Assembly: GCA_964504425.1 (NCBI GenBank)
Contig: CAZDFF010000002.1
Span: 1-42,514 of the forward strand
Origin: an uncultured Hyphomicrobiales bacterium
GTDB taxonomy: Bacteria > Pseudomonadota > Alphaproteobacteria > Rhodospirillales > 2-12-FULL-67-15
Length of the DNA: 42,514 nt
Reading direction: 5' to 3'
In this document: one piece after another, positions 10,528-20,614 of the stretch
Layout of the letters: every line of letters starts with the position of its first letter
Numbering within the stretch: the first letter of the stretch is position 1
The notes under the pieces: model-generated
Seen by the model: only the letters and a program-made list of their open reading frames with translations
Database searches by the model: none
What the model was told of the DNA's origin: nothing
Program-made: the position numbers and the translations under genes

Positions 10528-11852
10528 CAAAGAAAATGTTGGCGGCGATGGCGGCGGTTGCGTTCATGGCGCCGCTTTCCGTCGGCTCGGGCGCGTTCGC
10601 TCAAGACGCGAAAGGCGCCAAGAATTCGGCCGACACCTATCGTCTGCTGAACCTTTTCGGCGACGTATTCGAGCGCGTGCGCGCCGATTACGTCGATGAA
10701 CCGACCGACGAACAGATGATCGAGGCGGCGATCACCGGGATGCTTGCCTCGCTCGATCCGCACTCCAGTTACATGAACGCGAAAAGTTTCCGCGAAATGC
10801 AGGTGCAGACACGCGGCCAATTCGGCGGCCTCGGCATTCAGGTGACCTTGGAGAACGGCGTTATCAAAGTCATCTCGCCGATCGACGACACACCGGCCGC
10901 GCGCGCCGGCATCGAACCGAACGATCTGATCACCCATCTCGACGGCGAACCCGTGGTCGGCATGACGTTGGAGCAGGCGGTCGAAAAGATGCGCGGCAAG
11001 GTCGGCACCGACATCAAGCTGACCGTGCGCCGCGCGTCCAAGAAGGATGCGTTCGACGTGACGCTGACCCGCGCCGTGGTGCAGATCCAATCGGTGCGCT
11101 CGCGCATGGAAGACAAGATCGGCTACGTCCGCATCACGTCCTTCAACGAACAGACGGAAGCCGGCCTCAAGAAGGCGGTATCGGGCTTCCGCGAGAAGCA
11201 CGGCAAGGACCTGCAGGGCGTCGTGCTCGACCTCCGCAACAACCCGGGCGGCTTGCTCGACCAGGCGGTCGCAGTGTCGGATGCGTTTTTGGAGAAGGGC
11301 GAAATCGTTTCGACGCGTTCGCGCCGGGCCGAGGACACGCAACGCTTCAACGCGCGATCCGGCGACATTACCGGCGGCTTGCCGATCGTCGTGCTGATCA
11401 ACGGCGGTTCGGCGTCGGCGTCCGAAATCGTCGCCGGCGCGCTGCAGGATCACCGTCGCGCGGTCGTGCTCGGCACCAAGTCGTTCGGCAAGGGATCGGT
11501 GCAGACCATCGTCCCGCTGCCCGGCCACGGCGCCATGCGCCTTACGACGGCGCGCTATTACACGCCGTCCGGCCGGTCGATCCAGGCCAAGGGCATCGAC
11601 CCGGACATTCTCGTCAATCAGGCCAAGGTCGAGGATCTGACGCAGCCGAAAGGACGCAGCGAGGCGGACCTGCGCGGCGCGCTCGACGCCGGCAAGGACA
11701 AGGACGAGCCGCCGGCCGCCAAGCCCGATGCCGCGACGGACGCGAAGCCCGATGCGACGAAGCCGCCGCAGGACTATCAGCTTTCCCGCGCGCTCGACAT
11801 GTTGAAGGGCATCGCGCTGTTCTCCGCGTCGATGCCGAAGAGCAAGTCGTAA
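10524..11852 (+). CDS. ctpA: carboxy-terminal processing protease (S41 family)
   Basis: ATG at 10524 makes an ATGA overlap with the previous gene. Signal peptide and a PDZ region (GGLGIQV...SPIDDTPAARAGI) are present. The S41 core reads LDLRNNPGGLL, INGGSASASEI and GTKSFGKGSVQ. Confidence 0.9.
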   Translation: MTKKMLAAMAAVAFMAPLSVGSGAFAQDAKGAKNSADTYRLLNLFGDVFERVRADYVDEPTDEQMIEAAITGMLASLDPHSSYMNAKSFREMQVQTRGQFGGLGIQVTLENGVIKVISPIDDTPAARAGIEPNDLITHLDGEPVVGMTLEQAVEKMRGKVGTDIKLTVRRASKKDAFDVTLTRAVVQIQSVRSRMEDKIGYVRITSFNEQTEAGLKKAVSGFREKHGKDLQGVVLDLRNNPGGLLDQAVAVSDAFLEKGEIVSTRSRRAEDTQRFNARSGDITGGLPIVVLINGGSASASEIVAGALQDHRRAVVLGTKSFGKGSVQTIVPLPGHGAMRLTTARYYTPSGRSIQAKGIDPDILVNQAKVEDLTQPKGRSEADLRGALDAGKDKDEPPAAKPDAATDAKPDATKPPQDYQLSRALDMLKGIALFSASMPKSKS

Positions 11853-11874
11853 AGCCGGAGCGCGGGCATCCGCG

Positions 11875-13260
11875 ATGAAACTGTTCGGCAGGAAAAAGAA
11901 GAAAACCGACGACGACGAGGACGTCGAACCGGAGGTCGAGGAAGCCGAACCGGAATCCGAGCCGGACGACGACGAAGACGGCGAGAAGAAAAAAAAGCGA
12001 TCGCCGTTCGCTTTCCTGCAAGGCAAGGGCAAGATCATCGCCATCGGCATGGCCGGCTTGCTGCTGACCGGCGGCGTCATCGGCGGCGCCGGCTGGTGGT
12101 TCCTCGGCCGGTCCAAATCCGCCGCGCCGCCGCAGGCCGACGTGACCAGCGGCACCGCCGTCAACATCGCCATGCCGCAGGCGCCCGGCGCGCCGGGCGG
12201 GTTGACGCCGCCGGACGGCCCTTTGACGGCGCAGCCCGGATCGGACGCTTCGCCACCGCCGGGCGCCGTGCCGGCCGCGCCCAAATCCAAGGCGAAGGCG
12301 GCGGGCAAGGACAAGGCGGGGGCGACGGCGACCCAGGATGCGCTCGGCGGCGGCACCTTGAACGCGGCGGCATCGTCCGGCGCGGGCGCGGGCATCATGA
12401 TCCCGGCCATGGGCCAAGCCGCGTTCGCGTCGATTCCGGATCGGGGGCCGAGCCAACCGTTGTCCGGGGCACCGGACCCGGCGTTGCTGGAAAAGCAGGG
12501 CGACGTGGGCTTGCCCAAGATCGGCAAGGACGGCAGGAAGCCGCTTCTGGCCTACGCCAAGCCGAGCGAAGCGAAAGGCGATAACCCGCGCGTCGCGATC
12601 ATCGTCGCGGGCCTTGGACTGTCGCGGGCCGGCACCTTCGAAACGTTGAAGAAGCTGCCCAGCGCGGTAACGCTTGCCTTCGATCCCTATGCCAAGAATT
12701 TGAACGATTGGACCGTGCGCGCGCGCCAGGCAGGCTTCGAGTCGCTCGTCATGCTGCCGATGGAACCGATCGGTTTTCCCGTGCGCGACGGCGGGCCGTT
12801 GGCGCTGCAAGCGTCGTTGAAGTCGCCCGAGAACGTCACGCGGCTGGAAACCGTGCTCGCCAAGATGGCCGGATACGTCGGCGTGCTGTCGGCGTCGTCG
12901 GCGCAGTTCACGGCGCTGGAAGAACCCCTGAAGCCGATTCTCGAAGCGATCAAGTCGCGCGGATTGATGTACGTCGACGGCCCCGGTCAGGCAAAAAGCC
13001 TGGCGCCCAAGATCGCCGGCGACATCGGCTTGCCCAGGGCGATGGTCGACATGACCATCGACGAGGAGCCGGCGCGCGCGGCGATCGACGCCAAGCTGCT
13101 GGAGCTCGAAACGTTGGCACGACGCAACGCCACCGTCGTCGCCATCGCGCATGCCTATCCGTCCACCGTGGATAGACTGGTCACTTGGGCGCAGACCCTG
13201 CCGGCGAAGAAGATCGATCTGGTGCCGGTCTCGGCGCTGGCCGACAAGCAGATCCGATGA
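11875..13260 (+). CDS. divergent polysaccharide deacetylase family protein (YibQ-like) with charged N-terminus and one TM
   Basis: The C-terminal domain reads [11 protein letters not shown]...TLAFDPYA...[10 protein letters not shown]...YVG. The N-terminus is [17 protein letters not shown]..., followed by a TM helix and an Ala/Pro-rich linker. Confidence 0.78.
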   Translation: MKLFGRKKKKTDDDEDVEPEVEEAEPESEPDDDEDGEKKKKRSPFAFLQGKGKIIAIGMAGLLLTGGVIGGAGWWFLGRSKSAAPPQADVTSGTAVNIAMPQAPGAPGGLTPPDGPLTAQPGSDASPPPGAVPAAPKSKAKAAGKDKAGATATQDALGGGTLNAAASSGAGAGIMIPAMGQAAFASIPDRGPSQPLSGAPDPALLEKQGDVGLPKIGKDGRKPLLAYAKPSEAKGDNPRVAIIVAGLGLSRAGTFETLKKLPSAVTLAFDPYAKNLNDWTVRARQAGFESLVMLPMEPIGFPVRDGGPLALQASLKSPENVTRLETVLAKMAGYVGVLSASSAQFTALEEPLKPILEAIKSRGLMYVDGPGQAKSLAPKIAGDIGLPRAMVDMTIDEEPARAAIDAKLLELETLARRNATVVAIAHAYPSTVDRLVTWAQTLPAKKIDLVPVSALADKQIR

Positions 13261-13742
13261 GCGCGTGCGACCCCGCGCAACTGCCCTATCGGCTCGGCGT
13301 CGGCGCAGTGCTGACGAATGCGCAGGGTTTGGTATTCGTCGCCAAGCGCATCGACACGCCAGGCGAGGCCTGGCAACTGCCCCAGGGCGGAATCGACAAA
13401 GACGAGGACCCGCGCGTCGCCGTGATGCGCGAGCTGAAGGAAGAGATCGGCACCGATAAGGCCGAAATCGTGGCCGAAAGCCGCGACTGGCTCGCCTACG
13501 ACCTGCCCGCCGATCTGGTCGGGAAGGTGTGGAAGGGGCGCTACCGGGGACAGCGCCAGAAGTGGTATCTGATGCGCTTTCTCGGCCGGGATTCCGACAT
13601 CGATCTTTTCGGCGACGGCCACCCGGAATTCTCGGACTGGAAGTGGGCGCCGCTGGACGGCATTCCAGCGGCCATCGTCGGCTTCAAGCGGCCGCTTTAC
13701 GATGCCATCGTCGCCGAATTCAAAAATTTGATCCGGCCTTGA
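13257..13742 (+). CDS. rppH: RNA pyrophosphohydrolase (Nudix)
   Basis: [14 protein letters not shown] is followed by the Nudix box [27 protein letters not shown]. The tail contains [10 protein letters not shown]...EFSDWKW. The start makes an ATGA overlap with the previous gene. Confidence 0.9.
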   Translation: MSACDPAQLPYRLGVGAVLTNAQGLVFVAKRIDTPGEAWQLPQGGIDKDEDPRVAVMRELKEEIGTDKAEIVAESRDWLAYDLPADLVGKVWKGRYRGQRQKWYLMRFLGRDSDIDLFGDGHPEFSDWKWAPLDGIPAAIVGFKRPLYDAIVAEFKNLIRP

Positions 13743-13776
13743 TCCGGGACGTCGCCGAGCGCATCTTTTCCGAAGC

Positions 13777-14544
13777 ATGAACGACACATCTCCGAAAACC
13801 GCCCTCGTCACCGGCGCGGCCAAGCGCATCGGCCGCGCCGTCGCGATCGACCTTGCGGCGCACGGCTGGGCGGTCGCGGTGCATTATCACGGGTCCGCCG
13901 CCGACGCGGCGAACACCGTCGCCGAGATACAGGCGGCGGGTGGGCGGGCGGTCGCGCTGTCGGCCGACCTTTCCGACGAAGACGAAACGGCGGCGTTGAT
14001 TCCGGCGGCAGCCGACGCGTTGGGGCCGCTGACATGCCTGATCAACAACGCGTCGCTGTTCGAAAGCGACACGCTGGCAACCGTCACGCGAGAATCCTGG
14101 CACAGCCACATGCAGGTCAATCTGCGCGCGCCGATGCTGTTGACCCAATGCTTCGCCCGGCAGCGGCCGAAATCGGCTCCCGGGAACGTCGTCAACATCA
14201 TCGACCAGCGGGTATGGAACCTGACGCCGAATTTCGTGTCCTATACCGTCAGCAAGGCGGCGCTGTGGACCCTGACGCAGACGATGGCGATGGCGCTGGC
14301 GCCCGACGTGCGCGTGAACGCGATCGGCCCCGGTCCGACGCTCCCGAGTGCGCGGCAGACCGACGAGCAGTTTCGTCGCCAATGGTCGAAAGTGCCGCTG
14401 AATCGTCCGGTCGACCCGCGCGAGATCTGCGAGGCGGTGCGTTTCCTTCTTGACGCCTTGTCGATGACCGGCCAGATGATAGCGCTCGATGGCGGTCAGC
14501 ATCTCGGCTGGGGGCCGTCCCGCGCCGCCGGCCCCGAAGAGTAG
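13777..14544 (+). CDS. SDR family oxidoreductase (pteridine/dihydromonapterin reductase-like, adjacent to folB)
   Basis: TGAAKRIG Rossmann motif, NNAS and YxxxK (YTVSKAAL). The specific substrate is inferred only from the adjacent folB. Confidence 0.8.
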   Translation: MNDTSPKTALVTGAAKRIGRAVAIDLAAHGWAVAVHYHGSAADAANTVAEIQAAGGRAVALSADLSDEDETAALIPAAADALGPLTCLINNASLFESDTLATVTRESWHSHMQVNLRAPMLLTQCFARQRPKSAPGNVVNIIDQRVWNLTPNFVSYTVSKAALWTLTQTMAMALAPDVRVNAIGPGPTLPSARQTDEQFRRQWSKVPLNRPVDPREICEAVRFLLDALSMTGQMIALDGGQHLGWGPSRAAGPEE

Positions 14545-14585
14545 ACGGCGACGATGCGCATGAACCGCGAACTCAGGAGACCACG

Positions 14586-14999
14586 ATGACGACGGGACCC
14601 GTCAAGCTGGCACCACTGCCCCGTCTCGCCGACGGCCGTGCCGGGTTGCGCCACGTTTTCGTGCGCGATCTGGTTCTGTCGGCCTCGATCGGCGTGCATG
14701 GGCACGAACACGTCGCGAAGCAGCGGATACGGATCAATCTCGATCTCGCGGTCAAGGAATCCGGGCCGGCGCTGAACGACAACCTGCATAACGTAGTGTG
14801 TTACGAAAGGCTGGTGGCCGGCGTGACCGAGATCATGGAGCGCGGCCACGTCAATCTGGTCGAAACGTTGGCCGACGACATCGCCGACATGTGCCTCAAG
14901 GATACCCGCGTGCGCTCGGCGCGCGTCCGGGTCGAGAAGCTGGAAATTCTGCCCGATGCGGCCAGCGTCGGGGTCGAAATCGAACGCTTCAACGACTGA
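14586..14999 (+). CDS. folB: dihydroneopterin aldolase
   Basis: VFVRDLVLSASIGVHGHE...QRIRINLDL...VVCYERL...NLVETLADDIA...V.VEKL is a FolB-like pattern. Confidence 0.85.
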   Translation: MTTGPVKLAPLPRLADGRAGLRHVFVRDLVLSASIGVHGHEHVAKQRIRINLDLAVKESGPALNDNLHNVVCYERLVAGVTEIMERGHVNLVETLADDIADMCLKDTRVRSARVRVEKLEILPDAASVGVEIERFND

Positions 15000-15433
15000 G
15001 CCGGCGTTCTTCCCAAGCCGATTTGGAAATCGGTCGCAAACCCTTGCAATGACGCAATTTGCCGCATTCAGGCGGCAGTTTGTGCACAGCCCGTCAGGGT
15101 TTTGCCAGGAAGGCGGCGTTGCCGCGCCGGCACCGGCGCCGTACCGTTTGCCGCTCTCGAAAACCGCTGGCGGCAACGCATTTAAAGGGTTTTACGGTCG
15201 CCGACGGGCCGCGTTTCGAGTCCCGACCCGGTCGCAAATCGGACATCTCCCCACCCGCCCGGGGGGTTTTCAACAATCTTATCCACATTTTGACCGTCAT
15301 CGAACCGCAGCCCCACTGTCTTGTAAGTGCCGCGCAAATGTCACGAAATCCCCCTCGTCCCGGCTCGAATGCCGGGAATTCCGGCGCGGCGGGCGCGTTG
15401 ACGGGCCCGGCGTCATTGGCCACTCTTCGGCGC

Positions 15434-17326
15434 ATGGCGGAACCATCCGAAGCGGACATCCCGGCCGCGCCCGCGCGGCGCGCCGAAGCCGGCGTGGCGG
15501 CGATCGAGGCCGCGCTGCGCGCCCTGCCGCAAAGCCCCGGCGTCTATCGCATGCTCAACGACAAGGGCGATGTCCTTTATGTCGGCAAGGCCAAGGACCT
15601 GAAGAAGCGGGTCTCTAATTACGTCAAGATCGACCGCCAGAGCGTTCGCATACGGCGCATGATCGCCGATACCCGGTCGATGGAGGTCGTGACCACCCAC
15701 ACCGAGGCCGAAGCCCTGCTGCTGGAAGCCAACCTGATCAAGCGCCTGAAGCCGCGCTACAACATCCTGCTACGCGACGACAAGTCGTTCCCGTCGATCC
15801 TGCTGACCGCCGATCACGATTTCCCTCAGGTGCTGAAGCATCGCGGCGCCAGGGACCGCAAGGGCGAATACTTCGGCCCGTTCGCGTCGGCCTGGGCGGT
15901 GAACGAAACGCTGACGGTGCTGCAACGCGCGTTCCTGCTGCGGTCGTGTTCGGACGCGGTGTTCGCCAACCGGACCCGCCCGTGCCTGCTGTACCAGATC
16001 AAGCGCTGCTCGGCGCCGTGCGTCGGGCGCATCGAGAAGGCCGTCTACGCCGATCTGGTGGCCGAGGCGCGGGCGTTTCTCAAGGGCGGCAGCCGGCGCA
16101 TCCAGCAAAGACTGGTCGCCGAAATGCAGGCCGCCAGCGAGCGGCGCGATTTCGAGGAGGCGGCCCAATACCGCGACCGCATCCGCGCCATGACCCGGAT
16201 TCAGGCCCATCAGGACATCACGCTCGGCGGCGTCGGCGACGCCGACGTGATCGCCGCGCATCAGGCCGGCGGGCAGACCTGCATCCAGGTTTTCTTCTTT
16301 CGCGGCGATACCAACTACGGCAATCGCGCCTATTACCCGAGCCACGCGAGGGACGACGACGTGGCCGCGGTGCTGGAAGCCTTCCTCGGCCAGTTCTACG
16401 CCGCCCGCCCGCCGCCGCCGCTGATCCTGCTCAGCCACAAGCCGCCCAACCAGGCGCTGGTCGCCGAAGCCCTGTCGGTGCATGCCGGGCGGCGCGTGCG
16501 GCTCGAACAGCCGACGCGCGGGCCGAAACGCAATCTGATCAAGCATGCGCTCGCCAACGCCAAGGAGGCGCTCGGCCGGCGCCTGGCCGAAAGCGCGACC
16601 CAGCGCCGGCTGCTCGAAGGACTGGCGGAGGCCTTGGGATTGGACGGAACGCCCGAGCGGATCGAGGTCTACGACAACAGCCACGTGTCCGGCCGCAACG
16701 CCGGCGGCGGCATGATCGTCGCGGGGCCCGAGGGTTTCGTGAAAACCGCCTATCGCAAGTTCACGATCAAGGACCCCGATATCGCCCCCGGCGACGATTA
16801 CGCGATGATGCGCGAAGTGCTGACCCGGCGCTTCGCCCGGGCGCAGAAGGAAGACCCCGACCGGACCCGCGGCCAGTGGCCGGATCTGGTCGTGGTCGAC
16901 GGCGGCGAGGGTCAGCTCGGCGTCGCCGTCGAAGTGTTCCAGGACCTCGGCATCGACGACGTGCAACTGCTCGCCGTCGCGAAAGGGCCGGATCGCGACG
17001 CGGGGCGGGAAAAGCTGTTCCGGCCCGGCCGGCCGCCGATTCGCCTCGATGCTCGGGACCCGGTGCTTTACTTCCTGCAGCGGCTTAGGGACGAGGCACA
17101 TCGCTTCGCCATTGGCGCGCACCGGGCCAAACGCTCGCGCCAGGTGCAACGGTCCCTGCTGGACGACATTCCGGGCATCGGCGCTCGGCGCAAGAAGGCG
17201 CTGTTGCATCATTTCGGCGCCGCGGGCGCGGTCGCCGAGGCCGGCCGGACCGACCTGGAAGCGGTCGAAGGCATCAGCAAGGCGATCGCCGGCAAAATCT
17301 ATGACTGGTTCCACCCGGAGGGGTGA
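15434..17326 (+). CDS. uvrC: excinuclease ABC subunit C
   Basis: [30 protein letters not shown] is the GIY-YIG motif. UVR and endonuclease V-like domains and a C-terminal HhH are present. The ATG at 15434 was chosen; the frame stays open upstream to 15059, but that part is Arg/Pro-rich and looks non-coding. Confidence 0.93.
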   Translation: MAEPSEADIPAAPARRAEAGVAAIEAALRALPQSPGVYRMLNDKGDVLYVGKAKDLKKRVSNYVKIDRQSVRIRRMIADTRSMEVVTTHTEAEALLLEANLIKRLKPRYNILLRDDKSFPSILLTADHDFPQVLKHRGARDRKGEYFGPFASAWAVNETLTVLQRAFLLRSCSDAVFANRTRPCLLYQIKRCSAPCVGRIEKAVYADLVAEARAFLKGGSRRIQQRLVAEMQAASERRDFEEAAQYRDRIRAMTRIQAHQDITLGGVGDADVIAAHQAGGQTCIQVFFFRGDTNYGNRAYYPSHARDDDVAAVLEAFLGQFYAARPPPPLILLSHKPPNQALVAEALSVHAGRRVRLEQPTRGPKRNLIKHALANAKEALGRRLAESATQRRLLEGLAEALGLDGTPERIEVYDNSHVSGRNAGGGMIVAGPEGFVKTAYRKFTIKDPDIAPGDDYAMMREVLTRRFARAQKEDPDRTRGQWPDLVVVDGGEGQLGVAVEVFQDLGIDDVQLLAVAKGPDRDAGREKLFRPGRPPIRLDARDPVLYFLQRLRDEAHRFAIGAHRAKRSRQVQRSLLDDIPGIGARRKKALLHHFGAAGAVAEAGRTDLEAVEGISKAIAGKIYDWFHPEG

Positions 17327-17363
17327 ATTAAACTGCAAGACCCCGACGGAACCCGAAAATCCG

Positions 17364-18005
17364 ATGTCCTATAACCTGCCGAATCTCCTGACGTATTCGC
17401 GGATCGCGGCGATTCCGGTCATCATCGGCTGCCTGTTCGTGCCCAAGCCCTTGGGCAATTGGCTGGCGTTCTCGTTTTACACGTATGCGTGCGTGACCGA
17501 CTTCTTCGACGGTTATCTCGCCCGTGCCTGGCAGCAGCAATCGAGCCTGGGGCGCGTGCTCGATCCCATTGCCGACAAGCTTCTGGTCGCCGCGGTGTTG
17601 TTGATGCTGGTCGCCGATGCGCGTATCGAGGGGCTTTCGATTCTCGCCGCCGCCGTAATCCTGTGTCGCGAAATTTTGGTTTCGGGTCTGCGCGAATTCT
17701 TGGCCGAGGTCCGGGTCGGCCTGCCGGTTTCCAGCCTGGCTAAGTGGAAGACGACGATCCAGATGCTGGCGCTCGGATTCCTCATCGTCGGCGACGCCGG
17801 GCCGATGCTGATCTGGTTCGAGACCATCGAGGTCGGCATCGGCGGCCTGTGGATCGCCGCGATCTTGACCCTCGTCACCGGGTACGACTATCTGCGCGCC
17901 AGCCTGGCGCACATTCATGGAATCGACCGCGCGCCGAAATCCGTCCCCCGTGCGACCGAACGGCCGAACCCGCCGCCGACAGGCGGCGAGCGCGCCCGCG
18001 GTTGA
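17364..18005 (+). CDS. pgsA: CDP-diacylglycerol--glycerol-3-phosphate 3-phosphatidyltransferase
   Basis: NLPNLLTYSRI and the CDP-alcohol motif DFFDGYLAR...G..LDPIADK are present. The uvrC-pgsA adjacency matches many proteobacteria. Confidence 0.92.
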   Translation: MSYNLPNLLTYSRIAAIPVIIGCLFVPKPLGNWLAFSFYTYACVTDFFDGYLARAWQQQSSLGRVLDPIADKLLVAAVLLMLVADARIEGLSILAAAVILCREILVSGLREFLAEVRVGLPVSSLAKWKTTIQMLALGFLIVGDAGPMLIWFETIEVGIGGLWIAAILTLVTGYDYLRASLAHIHGIDRAPKSVPRATERPNPPPTGGERARG

Positions 18006-18060
18006 TTTCGGGACGATACGGAACCATATCGGATCGGACATGGCGATGGGGCGGGATGGC

Positions 18061-18582
18061 ATGAAGGTCTTCGGGCTTGCGGGGTGGAGCGGCAGCGGCA
18101 AGACGACACTGATGGTCAAATTGGTCCCCGAAATGATTTCGCGCGGCCTGACCGTATCGACCATGAAGCACACGCATCATTCGTTCGACATCGACAAGCC
18201 GGGCAAGGATTCCTTCGAGCACCGCGCCGCCGGCGCGACCGAGGTGATGGTGACGTCGGCCAAACGCTGGGCCCTGATGCACGAACTGCGCGGCGTGCCG
18301 GAACCGACCATGGACGAACAGATGGCGCGCATGACGCCGGTCGATATCCTGCTGGTCGAGGGCTTCAAGTCCTACAAGCACGCGAAGATGGAAGTGTTCC
18401 GCCCGTCGGTCGGCAAGCCGATGCTGTGCCGGGACGATCCGACCATCGTCGCCGTCGCGTCCGACGAACCGCTTCACGGCCTCGACGTCCCCGTGTTCGA
18501 CCTCAACGACGTGGGCAAGATCAGCGACTTCATCGTCGCCCACGTCGGCCTGGAGGCGATGGTCAGGAATGGCGCAGCTTAA
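18061..18582 (+). CDS. mobB: molybdopterin-guanine dinucleotide biosynthesis protein B
   Basis: MKVFGLAGWSGSGKTTL (P-loop) and LLVEGFK are present. Earlier in-frame Met codons are possible. Confidence 0.88.
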   Translation: MKVFGLAGWSGSGKTTLMVKLVPEMISRGLTVSTMKHTHHSFDIDKPGKDSFEHRAAGATEVMVTSAKRWALMHELRGVPEPTMDEQMARMTPVDILLVEGFKSYKHAKMEVFRPSVGKPMLCRDDPTIVAVASDEPLHGLDVPVFDLNDVGKISDFIVAHVGLEAMVRNGAA

Positions 18583-19849
18583 GGACGATTGCTTCGCGTT
18601 CGGCGGCGGCTTGGTGCCGCTCGACGATGCGTTGTCGGCGTTTTCCGAACGCCTGGGCCCGGTGCGCGGCGCCGAGACCGTCGGCCTGTTGGCCGCGCGC
18701 GGCCGCATCGCCGCCGAGGACGTGACAGCGACGCGCTCCGTGCCGCCGCACGACAATTCCGCGGTCGACGGCTACGCGGTCTACTTCGCCGACCTGACCC
18801 CGGACGGCGAAACCCGACTCCCTGTTAATGGACGGGTCGCCGCCGGCCATCCGTTGGGCCGGGCGGCCCGGCGCGGCGAAGCCGTCCGCATCTTCACCGG
18901 CGCGCCGATGCCGATCGGGCCGGGCGGCACCCAGGCCGACGGCCCGGACACCGTGTTCATGGAAGAGGACGCGATCCCCGACGGCGACGCGGTGCGGCTG
19001 CCGCAAGGCCTGAAGAAGGGATCGAACCGTCGCAACGTCGGCGAGGACGTGAAGGCGGGCGGCATCGTCGTCGCCAAGGGCCATCGATTGGAACCGCAGG
19101 ACCTGGGGCTCGCCGCGTCGGTCGGCGTCGACCGACTCAGGGTCTACGAGCCGCTGCGCGCGGCGGTGTTTTCGACCGGCGACGAAATCCGCGATCCGTC
19201 CGACGACGCCCCCGAAGGCTGCGTGTTCGATGCCAACCGCTACACCCTGATGGCGCTGCTGGCCGAACAGGGCTGCATCGTCACCGATCTGGGCATCTTG
19301 CCCGATGAACGCGACGCGATCGAAGACGCGCTGCTCGACGCGGCGGCCGACCACGACGTCCTGATCACGTCGGGCGGCGTCAGCGGCGGCGAGGAAGATC
19401 ACGTGAAGGCCGCGGTGCAATCCCACGGGGCCGTCGACTTCTGGCGGCTGGCGATCAAGCCCGGACGGCCGATCGCGCTCGGCACCGTCGAAGGCACGGC
19501 CTTCATCGGCCTGCCCGGCAATCCGGCGGCGGCGACGGTGACGTTCCTGATGGTGGCGCGACCGTTGATCCGTCTGCTCGCCGGCGGCCGCGTGACGGCG
19601 CCGACGCGGTTCAAGGTGACGGCCGATTTCGACTACAAGAAGAAAAGCGGGCGGCGCGAATGGGTGCGCGCCCGACTCGACCGGCGCGAGGACGGCGGGC
19701 TCGTCGCGCGCAAGTTCCGCTCGTCGGGCGCGGGCATCCTGTCGTCCATCGTCGAAAGCGACGGTTTGGTGGAATTACCCGAGCCGCTGGAACGGCTCGC
19801 CGCCGGCACCCAGGTCGATTTTCTCCCGTTCACCGAGATGATGCGATGA
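18569..19849 (+). CDS. moeA: molybdopterin molybdotransferase
   Basis: 426 aa with NSAVDGYAV, STGDEI, ITSGGVSGGEEDHVK and KPGRP..LG motifs. Confidence 0.93.
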   Translation: MAQLKDDCFAFGGGLVPLDDALSAFSERLGPVRGAETVGLLAARGRIAAEDVTATRSVPPHDNSAVDGYAVYFADLTPDGETRLPVNGRVAAGHPLGRAARRGEAVRIFTGAPMPIGPGGTQADGPDTVFMEEDAIPDGDAVRLPQGLKKGSNRRNVGEDVKAGGIVVAKGHRLEPQDLGLAASVGVDRLRVYEPLRAAVFSTGDEIRDPSDDAPEGCVFDANRYTLMALLAEQGCIVTDLGILPDERDAIEDALLDAAADHDVLITSGGVSGGEEDHVKAAVQSHGAVDFWRLAIKPGRPIALGTVEGTAFIGLPGNPAAATVTFLMVARPLIRLLAGGRVTAPTRFKVTADFDYKKKSGRREWVRARLDRREDGGLVARKFRSSGAGILSSIVESDGLVELPEPLERLAAGTQVDFLPFTEMMR

Positions 19850-20097
19850 AGATTCTTTATTTTGCATGGCTGCGCGAACGGGTCGGGACCGGCGAGGAAG
19901 ACGCGATGCCGCCCGCCGCCGTGCGCACCGTCGGCGACCTGGTCGAATGGCTGAAGGGCCGGGGCCCCGGTCACGCGGCGGCGTTCGCCGATGTCGCGCA
20001 TGTCCGTGTCGCGGTCAATCAGGAATATGTTAAACTCGACGCGCCGGTCCGGCCGGGCGACGAAGTCGCCTTCTTTCCGCCCGTGACCGGCGGCTAA
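19846..20097 (+). CDS. moaD: molybdopterin synthase sulfur carrier subunit
   Basis: 83 aa, MKILYFAWLRE..G, ending ...FFPPVTGG (C-terminal Gly-Gly). The start makes an ATGA overlap with moeA. Confidence 0.87.
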   Translation: MKILYFAWLRERVGTGEEDAMPPAAVRTVGDLVEWLKGRGPGHAAAFADVAHVRVAVNQEYVKLDAPVRPGDEVAFFPPVTGG

Positions 20098-20111
20098 AGG
20101 AACGGAACGCC

Positions 20112-20606
20112 ATGATCCGGGTGCAGCGCGAGGATTTCGACGTCGGCGCCGAGATCGAAAAACTGACCGCCGGCAACCATGCTGTCGGCGGGGTCTGCAC
20201 GTTCGTCGGCCTGGTGCGCGAGATGGTCGGCACGGAAGGCGGCGACAAGCCGATCTCGGCGATGACGCTGGAACACTATCCGGCGATGACCGAAAAGATG
20301 CTGGCCGAAATCGATGCCCAGGCGCAGGCACGCTGGCCGCTCGAAGGCACGCTGGTGGTGCATCGCTACGGACGACTGGAACCGGGCGAGCGCATCGTGC
20401 TGGTGATTGCCGCGTCCAAACACCGCGAGGCGGCGTTCGAGGCCTGCCACTTCCTGATCGACTGGCTGAAGACCAAGGCGCCGTTCTGGAAGTTGGAGGA
20501 CACGGGCGCCGACGCCCAATGGGTCGAGGCGCGCGAGTCCGACGACAAGGCCGCCGAACGCTGGCAAGCGAAACCCGGCGGCAAGCCGACCCGGGCGGCG
20601 GGGTAA
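20112..20606 (+). CDS. moaE: molybdopterin synthase catalytic subunit
   Basis: G.V..F.G.VRE, LEHYP.M, HR.G.L..GE and APFWK motifs. Confidence 0.92.
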   Translation: MIRVQREDFDVGAEIEKLTAGNHAVGGVCTFVGLVREMVGTEGGDKPISAMTLEHYPAMTEKMLAEIDAQAQARWPLEGTLVVHRYGRLEPGERIVLVIAASKHREAAFEACHFLIDWLKTKAPFWKLEDTGADAQWVEARESDDKAAERWQAKPGGKPTRAAG

Positions 20607-20614
20607 CGACGTCG

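Noticed and set aside
15200-15240. tRNA-like T-loop string GTTTCGAGTCC
   Set aside because: The flanking bases do not form a T stem, and no acceptor or anticodon arms can be drawn.
15059-15433. 125-codon N-terminal extension of uvrC implied by the track ORF
   Set aside because: The extension has no UvrC similarity and is of low complexity. The ATG at 15434 gives a normal spacing to the GIY-YIG motif. It is kept as an open question in the findings.
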